A stretch of 64,000 bases of DNA, from IMG/VR virus record IMGVR_UViG_3300028186_000155; one strand, 5' to 3'. Position 1 is the stretch's first letter; each line of letters opens with the position of its first letter. The notes below the pieces were generated by a model. The model saw nothing but the letters and a program-made list of their open reading frames with translations, was not told the origin of the DNA and ran no database searches. Positions 1 to 8,433 of this stretch are shown here, piece after piece. Made by a program: the position numbers and the translations under genes. This DNA comes from a virus (Duplodnaviria; Caudoviricetes).

Positions 1-1
1 A

Positions 2-100
2 GAAGAAGAAGAAGAGGAAGAGGAAGAGGAAGAGGAAGAGGAAGAGGAAGAGGAAGAGGAAGAGGAAGAGGAAGAGGAAGAGGAAGAAGACGACGAATAA
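2..100 (+). CDS. 3' end of a gene with a poly-Glu acidic C-terminal tail (partial)
   Basis: GAA/GAG repeats in frame read ~29 Glu then DDE and TAA at 98-100; a terminator follows. Confidence 0.75.
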   Translation, partial: EEEEEEEEEEEEEEEEEEEEEEEEEEEEEDDE

Positions 101-139
101 TCGTCGCTCCTAGCGCCCTTCGCTCTTAACCGCGAATCC

Positions 140-173
140 AAGAAACCCGGTTACACCAGCCGGGTTTCTTTTT
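140..173 (+). terminator. Rho-independent terminator
   Basis: AAGAAACCCGG...CCGGGTTTCTT hairpin followed by a T run. Confidence 0.8.
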
Positions 174-267
174 GCCCAAAATCAGCGTTTTGAAAAATTC
201 CTGATGCTCGGAACGATCCGAGTTTCATTTCGCCTTAATGGCATCCAATAGTAGGAACTGAAATACC

Positions 268-816
268 ATGGCCAAGAACGACGTAACCATCAACGCCAAA
301 GCTGAAATCGGTCGTCTGCGTAAGCAGGCCCGCGCACTGGAAGCCACCCAAAAGGCCCAGTCCAAAGTTTCGGAAACCGTCGATGCCCAGCTGGAAGAAA
401 CCAACGCTCAAATCGCCGCGCTCGAAGCCAAGCTGAGCGGTGACGAAGCCCCGGCCAAAGGCAAAGGCAAAAAAGCCGACGCCAAGCCAGCCAAAGGCGG
501 CAAAGCTGCCAAGGAAGAAAAGCCAGCCAAAGGCGGCAAGAAAGCCAAGGCCGAAGAGAAACCAGCCAAAGGCAAAAAGGCCAAGGCTGAAGACGAAAAA
601 CCGGCCAAGAAATCCAAGGTGAAAGCCGAGGAAGAGAAACCGGCCAAAAAGAAAAAGGCCAAGGTCGAAGCTGACGAAAAGCCAGCCAAGAAAAAGAAAT
701 CCAAGGACGTAGAAGAGAAATCTTCGAAGAAGAAAAAGTCCAAGGACACTGACGGCAAGAAAGCCAAAAAAGGCGACAAAGCCAAGAAGAAAAAAGAGTA
801 CGACGATTTCGAATAA
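268..816 (+). CDS. Lys/Ala-rich histone H1/AlgP-like DNA-binding protein
   Basis: N-terminal coiled coil, then repeated EEKPAKGKKAK units; AGGA RBS. Confidence 0.7.
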   Translation: MAKNDVTINAKAEIGRLRKQARALEATQKAQSKVSETVDAQLEETNAQIAALEAKLSGDEAPAKGKGKKADAKPAKGGKAAKEEKPAKGGKKAKAEEKPAKGKKAKAEDEKPAKKSKVKAEEEKPAKKKKAKVEADEKPAKKKKSKDVEEKSSKKKKSKDTDGKKAKKGDKAKKKKEYDDFE

Positions 817-842
817 TCGGCTCGCCTTCTAGGCTAACATGG

Positions 843-866
843 GAAGGGGCTTCGGCCCCTTTTCTT
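843..866 (+). terminator. Rho-independent terminator (UUCG loop)
   Basis: GAAGGGGC-TTCG-GCCCCTTTTCTT. Confidence 0.8.
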
Positions 867-868
867 GT

Positions 869-1639
869 ATGCATTGGCTGCATTCGGCTGATCAAATCGT
901 TTATCGCTTGGGCGCCAGCTGCTTCACCCACACGGAATTCGCACGCGTACTCTACGAACTTCGCGAAGACCGGAAGCATGCAATGTCAATCGCCTTTGCA
1001 GAATCCCAACGCAGCGCTTTCCGCCAGACTGGTGCCTCGGAAATTGTGAAAGACTCACAAGAAACCAAGGCCAACAAACTGCGCGCAGAAGCCACGCTAA
1101 TCGAAGACGGCGCCCGCGCCCTGCTGGCCCGCCCCTCTTTCGTTGCCGCACAAATCGAACTCGGAATTATCGAAACGTTGATTCCACTCCTACAGTTCGA
1201 ATCGGATAACGTCCCCTACACTTTCCACGAATGCCAGCGCCATGAAAACACCGTGGCCCTGTTCTGGAAAGCCTACGTCGAACACCAGACTTTTAGCCAA
1301 ATCTCCTTTGATACCCGCTCGGAAATTCTGAGCCGTGGCATTGGTCTGCCCAATTTCGACAATATTTCAACTCGCGATGCGTTCCTCGACACATTCCACG
1401 CACAGCGGGTTGGGCACAAGGCGTTATTTTCCCACGACCTTGAGCACCTTTACGTTGCGGCCATGAATTTCGTTAAGGCATCGCCGCTACTTGAACGATA
1501 CCGAGAGGCTTTGACAGATGCCGACAAAAACACCGTCTTTCTCGGAACTATCCCGCAAGGCATCCGGGCACTTGAGCCGGTTGCAGAAGACAAAAGACTT
1601 AGCAGTGCTGTACCGAGTCGTAAGCCACGACGAAAGTAA
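869..1639 (+). CDS. hypothetical protein (start uncertain: 869 or 983)
   Basis: Long ORF with phage-like codon usage. Confidence 0.65.
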   Translation: MHWLHSADQIVYRLGASCFTHTEFARVLYELREDRKHAMSIAFAESQRSAFRQTGASEIVKDSQETKANKLRAEATLIEDGARALLARPSFVAAQIELGIIETLIPLLQFESDNVPYTFHECQRHENTVALFWKAYVEHQTFSQISFDTRSEILSRGIGLPNFDNISTRDAFLDTFHAQRVGHKALFSHDLEHLYVAAMNFVKASPLLERYREALTDADKNTVFLGTIPQGIRALEPVAEDKRLSSAVPSRKPRRK

Positions 1640-1838
1640 TTGGTCAATGGTGGCCTCGCTGGATACCAGCAACGACCAGCCCTGCATGACCTTCGACCTC
1701 ACGCAAAACGGCGAGCCTGTACGTTTTCTTTCGGAAATTCCATTCGATGTTGTGATGGTCTACGGCGAATTTATCGGGCAGGTACGGCAATGGGAAAACG
1801 GCGGCGAACTGCATGAGCTACTTAGACACGATGATTAG
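1518..1838 (+). CDS. hypothetical protein (true start probably downstream)
   Basis: Fills the gap between neighbouring genes; overlaps the next start. Confidence 0.5.
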   Translation: MPTKTPSFSELSRKASGHLSRLQKTKDLAVLYRVVSHDESNWSMVASLDTSNDQPCMTFDLTQNGEPVRFLSEIPFDVVMVYGEFIGQVRQWENGGELHELLRHDD

Positions 1839-2487
1839 CTATTTCAATTGTGGCTGCCACGCGACCGGCGACATTCCGATCCTGAGTCGGTGTGAAGAGC
1901 ACAACGGTTTTATTGTCGTGTGCGCAAATCACGATGTGAAACATCAACGCTTCAGCAATGCGTATGGCACTGTCTGGCAAGGCACGCTCCTACACAATTT
2001 GCGGAAGCTGAAAGATGCGCAGTTCTCCTACGTGTTCGCCTACCCGGAACACCATGTACTCAACGCCATGAATTGGTTTACCCCGAAGGCATGGCGCGAT
2101 ACCGATATGGAATTAATGCACCACCTCAAGCGCATTCTGGCGCCGGGCGGTTACATCAGTTTCATTGTTGACCCTAGCGTCTCGCACACCGTGCTCTATC
2201 AGGCCTACAAGCTGGGCATGAAAGTTGACGTGAAAGATGCGACCTATGAGTTTTTCGAAAAGCAGCCATACAGCGAATTGTCGTATGCATTTGCTGACGC
2301 GAAGCTGCACTTCATCGTCTACAACGACTACCGGGAAAAAATCCCGGAGTCGGGTTCGAAGATTCTCGATATTTCAGGGATCAAATTGTCCCGCGTCGAG
2401 AAGCGCAAAAAGAAAAACAGTTTGCTGGTGTTGGCGGGGCACCCACGGCAATTCGAAATAGTGAAGAAACGTCTAGAGGCCCACTAG
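1813..2487 (+). CDS. degenerate N6/N4 (beta-class) DNA methyltransferase-like protein
   Basis: GTLLHNLRKLKDAQFSYVFAYPEH resembles GDxlxxlxxlxdxsvdliitDPPY; LKRILAPGGYI resembles xRvLkpgGxi; KILDISG resembles VLDPFxG; catalytic and SAM motifs are altered. Confidence 0.55.
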   Translation: MSYLDTMISYFNCGCHATGDIPILSRCEEHNGFIVVCANHDVKHQRFSNAYGTVWQGTLLHNLRKLKDAQFSYVFAYPEHHVLNAMNWFTPKAWRDTDMELMHHLKRILAPGGYISFIVDPSVSHTVLYQAYKLGMKVDVKDATYEFFEKQPYSELSYAFADAKLHFIVYNDYREKIPESGSKILDISGIKLSRVEKRKKKNSLLVLAGHPRQFEIVKKRLEAH

Positions 2488-3144
2488 ATGCCCACAAAGA
2501 AAATCAAAACGCAGAAGGTCAAGAAAAGCCGCATCATCACCAAGCCGAAGAAAACACAGGCCAAGCGCGATGCGGAAAAGACCAAAGAGCGTAAGCGGAA
2601 ATCAACGGCGGCCCCGGTGCGGTCTGCTGGTATCACACGCGTAAACGGCGTGCCCTACAAGCTGCGCAAGTTCGAAAACTTGGGCGCACGTCCGATGCCT
2701 GAAACGTTCTTTACACGCCAAGGCAAATCGCTGAAAGAGTTAATCCGAAATACCCCGCGACTTTTCATCAACAACGCGGTGGATGTTGAGGCACACAAGT
2801 ACAAGCGCATGAAAACCAAAGCAGGCCGCCCGGCTGTGAAAGGTATCATGTGGACCAACGATCCGTTCCGACCGGACAAGGTACGGCGCTACCACGAAAC
2901 ATACATCGTGGGCCTCGACAAAAACGGCGAGAATAAACCGCTGTACAAACACAAGCGCGTGCTTGCCCAGTGCACCTGTGAAAACTACGTGTACACGTGG
3001 GAATACGCGAACGCCCGTTGCGGTGCTGCCTACCTGATTTATTCCAACGGTGAACCGCCTGTGTGGATGAACCCCGGCATGTCGGTCGGCCTGTGCAAAC
3101 ACCTGATTGCGTTGGCAAAAATCGTTATTGAAGAAAACCTTTGA
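2488..3144 (+). CDS. SWIM zinc-finger protein with basic N-terminus
   Basis: CTC...CKH motif. Confidence 0.7.
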   Translation: MPTKKIKTQKVKKSRIITKPKKTQAKRDAEKTKERKRKSTAAPVRSAGITRVNGVPYKLRKFENLGARPMPETFFTRQGKSLKELIRNTPRLFINNAVDVEAHKYKRMKTKAGRPAVKGIMWTNDPFRPDKVRRYHETYIVGLDKNGENKPLYKHKRVLAQCTCENYVYTWEYANARCGAAYLIYSNGEPPVWMNPGMSVGLCKHLIALAKIVIEENL

Positions 3145-3157
3145 TAGGAAATAAACC

Positions 3158-3715
3158 ATGAGCTACGAGCCAGACGACGGCCCGCTGACCGACGAACAAA
3201 TGGACCGCATCCGCGAACTGAGTCCAGATATGCCCGACGAAGCCATGACCGACAACCTTTTCGACAAGGCCGCTGCGTGGGCTGCTGCCAATCCGGTAAC
3301 TGAGAAACCGCTGTCCAGCGTGGGCAAACTCGCTTCGGAAATTCCCCGCATTGTGCGCGAAGTTTTCGGCCCGCAAGGCAGCAAGCCTTGGCCGACTCTC
3401 AACACGCAGCCGTTGACCATCGAACTGGCAAGTGAACTGCGCAACAAATCGCAAGGCGATCTGTACGTGGTTGGCACCGGCCTTGCTGACTACATTCGCC
3501 ATACCAACAGCGAAGAGTATTTCGCAGAACACGGCGAAAGTCTGTTGGCCCCATGGGCGGATATTCACCAAAGTAAATCGGGCCGTGAAGCTGGTTACGT
3601 CGGCATGTTGCTAGGCCTCGAAATCTATACGCATCCTGACCTGTCGCAGAATGTTTTCATCTGCATCAAGCAAGGTAGCAAACCACAAGCCGTTGTCGGC
3701 TACGTGCAACTCTGA
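3158..3715 (+). CDS. hypothetical protein; C-terminus resembles a capsid A-domain segment
   Basis: AGGA RBS; GYVGMLLGLEIYT motif. Confidence 0.6.
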   Translation: MSYEPDDGPLTDEQMDRIRELSPDMPDEAMTDNLFDKAAAWAAANPVTEKPLSSVGKLASEIPRIVREVFGPQGSKPWPTLNTQPLTIELASELRNKSQGDLYVVGTGLADYIRHTNSEEYFAEHGESLLAPWADIHQSKSGREAGYVGMLLGLEIYTHPDLSQNVFICIKQGSKPQAVVGYVQL

Positions 3716-3731
3716 AAAGGAGAAACAAAAG

Positions 3732-4208
3732 ATGGCCCTTACCCTGCTGGAAACTCTGGTACGCGACCGCGATACTTCGCGCCTGCAAAGCCCGAAAGAA
3801 ACCTACCCGATCCTGACCCGTATCCTCGGTGATTACGAACTGGGCGCCAAGGCGAAAAAGCCTCGCACTGGTGACGACGCCGTGATCCTGATCATCAAGG
3901 GCATTCTGGCTGGCAATACCGAAACCATCGCACTGCTGAAAAAATCGCAAGGCGGTGAAAAAGAGCACGCAACCGAAATCCTGCGCCTCGAAACCCAAAG
4001 CCGTCTGCTGCAAAACTACATCCCGGCCAAGGCTGAAGTTGCAGACAATCCAGACGTGCTGACCGAAGAGCAGTATCGCGAAATTCTGGCGGAAAATCCG
4101 TTCGACAAACTCGGTCTGTTCCACAAGTTCCTGAAAGAAAACTACGCCGGTCGCACTGAAGGCGCAGTGGCCACCCGCGTATTCAACGCCGTACAAAAGG
4201 GCGAATAA
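3732..4208 (+). CDS. YqeY/GatB-like protein
   Basis: Pattern DDAVILII...LQNYIP...LTEEQY...KENYAGRTEG typical of YqeY; AAGGAG RBS. Confidence 0.65.
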   Translation: MALTLLETLVRDRDTSRLQSPKETYPILTRILGDYELGAKAKKPRTGDDAVILIIKGILAGNTETIALLKKSQGGEKEHATEILRLETQSRLLQNYIPAKAEVADNPDVLTEEQYREILAENPFDKLGLFHKFLKENYAGRTEGAVATRVFNAVQKGE

Positions 4209-4211
4209 CGC

Positions 4212-4427
4212 TTGAGCGTTACGCGGCCCCGCACCACACCTTGCATCGGTCGTTGCTCGCACAATGTGGGCGATGATCTTTGCAAGGGGTGCAACCGCAC
4301 AATCGCAGAAGTTCGAGACTGGAACACATTTACCACCGAACAAAAACTGCAAAAAATGGAAGAGTTGAAGACGCGCTCTCAAAACATGATCGCGACTGAC
4401 AAACCAATTATTTCGTGGGACTCCTAA
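4212..4427 (+). CDS. DUF1289-family Cys-rich (Fe-S) protein
   Basis: TPCIGRCS...CKGCNRTIAEVRDW. Confidence 0.8.
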   Translation: MSVTRPRTTPCIGRCSHNVGDDLCKGCNRTIAEVRDWNTFTTEQKLQKMEELKTRSQNMIATDKPIISWDS

Positions 4428-4903
4428 TGATCGATTGGAAAGTTTGGGACGAAAGCTTCAGCGCCGCGCTGGCTTATCTGGAAAACTGCCCGGCTGTTTT
4501 GACGCGGGTGCAGTACGAGAACGCTGTTAGTCGTCTGCCTGAAGGCTATCAATTGTTGAGCCTCAAGGGTGATCGGGACGCCGATAACAAGCTGAATAAA
4601 GATTCCGTTATCGGCATGTTTTGCATATTGCCTTTCGTGCAGCTTGGCGAATTCCATGTGACCAGCTGTCAATCGGCAGCACGCCCGAACGACGGGCGGT
4701 TCCTGCTGGTGACTGTGGCGAAAGATGGACAGCGTGTAGAACTCTCTACCCGTGACGATATTTTCAACGTCGCATTGTCCAAGCGCAAAGAGCCGACGTA
4801 CTACAAGCGATATTTCAGCAAGGAATTTTCGTTGCTGGAGCGTGAGCACGTATGGGCATTCGTTAACGATGCGTTGTCCAATCTGGAGACAGCAAATGCG
4901 TAA
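4427..4903 (+). CDS. hypothetical protein
   Basis: TAATG coupling to the upstream stop. Confidence 0.65.
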   Translation: MIDWKVWDESFSAALAYLENCPAVLTRVQYENAVSRLPEGYQLLSLKGDRDADNKLNKDSVIGMFCILPFVQLGEFHVTSCQSAARPNDGRFLLVTVAKDGQRVELSTRDDIFNVALSKRKEPTYYKRYFSKEFSLLEREHVWAFVNDALSNLETANA

Positions 4904-5060
4904 CAAGCAGCGCGGTTTCATTGATTTTTCGGGCATCGGAACTTTCCTTGTCACGTTGGGCCTTGCAGTTGGCGTCGTGGTTGGGTTCGTTCTTTTCGTC
5001 GGCATTCCATGGGCGTGGCAATACGTCAAGCCGTGGATTCATCAAGTGACAGCGGGGTAA
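4896..5060 (+). CDS. small membrane protein with prepilin-like N-terminus
   Basis: MRNKQRG|FIDF followed by one hydrophobic helix; GGAG RBS. Confidence 0.65.
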   Translation: MRNKQRGFIDFSGIGTFLVTLGLAVGVVVGFVLFVGIPWAWQYVKPWIHQVTAG

Positions 5061-5064
5061 CAAA

Positions 5065-5625
5065 ATGGCCAAGAACTTGTTGGAAAAGCTGGTCGATAGT
5101 CTGCACCAGCATGGCTACGATAAAATCGAATTTGCCGTGGGTAAAGATGCCGTGCTCTACCACGACAAGGAAGGTATCACGAAAGAGGCGATGCCCCTTG
5201 AGTTGAAGCTGTTCGGTTACATTTCGCATATGACTCATGAGTTCGAGTTGGATTTCGTTCGGTTCATGAACGAATTTATTCAACACATGAATCAGCGCCA
5301 TCACGACCAAATCTACATCGGCACCGATGTTCACCAAATCCAAGAACACGGAAACCAAGGCTTTTTGATCAAGCTGTTTACGCTGGCCAGCAAAGACGTT
5401 GCGCCCGCTACCCTGTTCGACTTCAGCCGTGCACTAGAAGCCCTCAAAGACGGTCGCGAAATTCAACGCGCAGGCTGGAACGGTGCGAATCAGCGCGTGT
5501 TCCTGCACACCTTCGCCACCGATATGCAGCCGTGCTTCGTGCTGATCAACGCGCAGGGCAAAAAACAGCCGGGTTGGGTTCCATCCATGGGCGACCTGCT
5601 GGCCGACGATTGGAAGTTTGCATGA
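5065..5625 (+). CDS. DUF2829/Tad2-like domain fused to an N-terminal unknown domain
   Basis: C-terminal FSRALEALKDG..IQRAGWNG....GWVPSMGDLLADDW signature. Confidence 0.75.
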   Translation: MAKNLLEKLVDSLHQHGYDKIEFAVGKDAVLYHDKEGITKEAMPLELKLFGYISHMTHEFELDFVRFMNEFIQHMNQRHHDQIYIGTDVHQIQEHGNQGFLIKLFTLASKDVAPATLFDFSRALEALKDGREIQRAGWNGANQRVFLHTFATDMQPCFVLINAQGKKQPGWVPSMGDLLADDWKFA

Positions 5626-5876
5626 TTCAGTTCCCGAAGCATAAATGCAGCCTGACCCTGCAACACAACGCACACAAAGATTACTACCAGCCGCTCGCAG
5701 ATTACATCGAAGAAAACGACTGGTACAATTGGATTTCTGACGAAGCCAAGCAACAGGCGCTCGCCACCGATGAAATCTGGACCATTCAATGGTATCCAGA
5801 CACGCCAATCGGTTCGTACTCGGTTGCTGCTGCGACACTGCAAGAACTGCTGGATTTCGTAAACAGTAACACCTGA
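5622..5876 (+). CDS. hypothetical protein
   Basis: ATGA overlap with the upstream gene; 84 aa. Confidence 0.65.
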   Translation: MIQFPKHKCSLTLQHNAHKDYYQPLADYIEENDWYNWISDEAKQQALATDEIWTIQWYPDTPIGSYSVAAATLQELLDFVNSNT

Positions 5877-5887
5877 TAGGAGACAAA

Positions 5888-6901
5888 ATGTCTGCTGATA
5901 AAAACATGACCGGTGAACAAATTCAGCAGATTATGGACATGCTCCTTTACAAGGCGCTAGAGCCGCTGGTTTTGTACACCAACGTTTTCGATGCGCAGGT
6001 GGAATATTTGCTGCTGCTGGTTGCCACCAACCGCAAACGCAAATTGAGTTCGCTGGATCGTGGTGAGGCCGTAGAAAAACTGGCGGCCTACCTGAGTGTT
6101 CCCGACCGGCGACAAAAGTTCGGATTTATCCGCGATGCTCGCGTGGAACGATTCTTCATCCACAAATTCCTGACTTCGTTCTGCCAACAGAACATTGGCT
6201 ACGTCAAACAGTACAAGGAATTTCTGCTTAACCCGACCAAGGAAAAGCAGGTGGCGCTAGACAAATACGCGGTGCAGGTCGGCATGTGCGAACGCTCGGC
6301 CCTGTACACTGCGCTGCAAATTTGTGAAGCGTACCGCAAGCGGTTTTATTCGTATCGAAACGCTGTGGTTGACCTCTACGTGAAGAGCGCCAACAAGTGG
6401 GCCAAGGCGCATCAGGAAGGTACACAAGGCCGGTCGAATTACAAAGACCTTGTGCAATCAATCATCAAGGCGGTGATCACAGCGCTAGACAAATACGATA
6501 GCCGGAAAGGGGCGTTAACTTCCTACGTTCAGTTCTGGACAAAAAACGCCATGAAGGCTTCGAAAGAGCACGAATATGGCGTGGCCTACACCGTACCGCA
6601 AGCGCAGAAGAAAAAACTGTTTGAGGGGACAAGCAGTTACGTCAACTTCAGCGTAAGTCTCGACACGCTTTATGGTGACGATGACGAAGACGGCGGCGTG
6701 GCCCTGCATTCGGTTTTGACGCCGGGTAATGCGCTGGAAAAAGATATCGAAATTGAACAAAGCCGCACGCTGGTACAGCTGCTGGCGAAGAAAGTAGACC
6801 CGCTAGGGATTGCGCGGCTGAGCCTCGACATTGGCGAGTATTTCACGCCAGAAGAAAAGGCAATCATGCGTCAACACATGGCGGAAGAGCAACGACCTTA
6901 A
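5888..6901 (+). CDS. phage sigma70-family RNA polymerase sigma factor
   Basis: Region 2 motif DLVQSIIKAVITALDKYDSRKGALTSYVQFW; AGGAG RBS. Confidence 0.8.
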   Translation: MSADKNMTGEQIQQIMDMLLYKALEPLVLYTNVFDAQVEYLLLLVATNRKRKLSSLDRGEAVEKLAAYLSVPDRRQKFGFIRDARVERFFIHKFLTSFCQQNIGYVKQYKEFLLNPTKEKQVALDKYAVQVGMCERSALYTALQICEAYRKRFYSYRNAVVDLYVKSANKWAKAHQEGTQGRSNYKDLVQSIIKAVITALDKYDSRKGALTSYVQFWTKNAMKASKEHEYGVAYTVPQAQKKKLFEGTSSYVNFSVSLDTLYGDDDEDGGVALHSVLTPGNALEKDIEIEQSRTLVQLLAKKVDPLGIARLSLDIGEYFTPEEKAIMRQHMAEEQRP

Positions 6902-6915
6902 CCAACAGGTGACGT

Positions 6916-7089
6916 ATGGCCCAAAAACCTAGCAATGTGAGCGTGGTAGATTTCAAAAACCCGCGTGACGAAAACGGCAACATTGTTCTGCATCCAGACG
7001 TGAAAACGCTGGCCAAGAAAATCGAACAAGATGCCTACGACCGAGCACTGGCACAAGTGCTGGCACGCGCCAACAAACTCAACTGGTGA
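6916..7089 (+). CDS. small hypothetical protein (57 aa; not in ORF track)
   Basis: AGGTGA RBS; MAQKPSNVSVVDFKNPRD...NKLNW*. Confidence 0.65.
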   Translation: MAQKPSNVSVVDFKNPRDENGNIVLHPDVKTLAKKIEQDAYDRALAQVLARANKLNW

Positions 7090-7119
7090 CATTTCCTACC
7101 CTCGGAAGGCCAGCTGAGA

Positions 7120-7134
7120 AAAACTGTAAACAGT
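7120..7134 (+). promoter_or_regulatory. putative phage promoter motif A (AAAACTGTAAACAGT)
   Basis: Recurs at 12355, 24470 and 51938 (minus strand); lies upstream of the SSB/RecA genes. Confidence 0.55.
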
Positions 7135-7182
7135 GACTAGGGCATGATCCCTAAGCACACATTTAGATCAAGAGGATTGTAC

Positions 7183-8373
7183 ATGGGCGCCGCCGTATTC
7201 AAGGGCATGGGTAGCATCAAGACCACCAACGGTCGCAACGATTCGACCAAGTTGGACGAACTGGTCGATATGATCCAGTGGCCAAAAAACAAATACTTCC
7301 CGTTCCGTATCCTGCCGATCATGCCGCTGCAAGTCCGCCAAGTGTGGATCAAGCTGTGGGCTGGCGCGAAGGGTAAGGAAAAACGCGAAGTAAACATTCC
7401 GCGTTACGCAATCGACTTCGATCCGAACGATCCAGAAACCCCGAAAAAAGGCGTGAAGTGCCCGTACATGGCGCTGGCCGAAAAGTTCAAAGGCCAGAAA
7501 GAAAAGCCGGTGCGTGCATCCGACTTCTGGCTGTTCAACGTGATCGACCGTGACATGCAAGAGGAAGGCCCGCCCCGCAAGGCGTCGAAGCCGACCAAAG
7601 AAGAAAAGAAAACCGGTTACAAGGATATCAATTCCGAGACTTGGACCCCGGTTCGCGTGGCCCGTCTGACCATGACTTCCATCGGTCGTTTGCAAGAACT
7701 GTCCGAAGAAAACAAAGTCAAGGACAAGAAAACTGGCAAGACCGCGCAGTATGACGTTTCCGACGCAAAATTCGGTTTCGACGTGAAACTGAAATTCAAA
7801 CCGGACGCGGCAGGCACCGACAAATACACCATCGACAAAGCCGATGGCCCGTCGAAGCTGACCGACGAAGAGCAAGGTTATCTGGTCTGGAAACTGACCG
7901 AGGAACTGCTGGACGCCTCCGGTCGTATGACCGAGAAGCAGGCGAAGGAAGACGTTAAGCGTATGGAAATCATTGGCGCCGAGGAACTCGACGACGATGA
8001 TGAAGACGAAGACGAAAAGCCACGCAAGAAAAAGAAATCGACTTCGTTGGACGACGAAGACGAAAAACCGAAGAAAAAGAAAAAGGCTAAGTCGGTAGTC
8101 TTCGATGACGACGAAGACGAAAAGCCGAAGAAGAAAAAGAAGAAGTCTTCCGATGATGACGAAGACGAAAAGCCGAAGAAGAAAAAGAAATCTTCGGACA
8201 AGGAAGACAAGCCTTCCAAGGTGAAAAAGAAGTCCAAGTCGAAAGACGACGATGACGAAAAGCCGAAGAAGAAAAAGAAGTCTTCCGAGAAGGAAGTGAA
8301 GGGCGGCGCCAAAAAGAAAGAAAAGACCAAAGAAAAGACCGGCAAGAAGAAAAAGTCTTCGTGGGATGACTGA
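7183..8373 (+). CDS. gp32-like single-stranded DNA-binding protein with long Lys/Asp block tail
   Basis: FRILP...KCP...FNVIDR motifs recall gp32-type SSBs; directly upstream of the recombinase; repeated DDEDEKPKKKKK tail. Confidence 0.55.
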   Translation: MGAAVFKGMGSIKTTNGRNDSTKLDELVDMIQWPKNKYFPFRILPIMPLQVRQVWIKLWAGAKGKEKREVNIPRYAIDFDPNDPETPKKGVKCPYMALAEKFKGQKEKPVRASDFWLFNVIDRDMQEEGPPRKASKPTKEEKKTGYKDINSETWTPVRVARLTMTSIGRLQELSEENKVKDKKTGKTAQYDVSDAKFGFDVKLKFKPDAAGTDKYTIDKADGPSKLTDEEQGYLVWKLTEELLDASGRMTEKQAKEDVKRMEIIGAEELDDDDEDEDEKPRKKKKSTSLDDEDEKPKKKKKAKSVVFDDDEDEKPKKKKKKSSDDDEDEKPKKKKKSSDKEDKPSKVKKKSKSKDDDDEKPKKKKKSSEKEVKGGAKKKEKTKEKTGKKKKSSWDD

Positions 8374-8433
8374 TTCGCCTGTGCTGGCGGGGGCCTAACG
8401 GTCCCCATTCTTTGATCCCCTACCGAGGATTTA

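Noticed and set aside
1-90. GAAGAG tandem repeat as a non-coding microsatellite or CRISPR-like array
   Set aside because: It reads as in-frame poly-Glu ending at a stop codon and terminator; there are no spacers
7980-8370. Repeated GACGAAGACGAAAAGCCGAAGAAG units as a CRISPR array
   Set aside because: Coding low-complexity repeats with irregular spacing; no cas genes nearby
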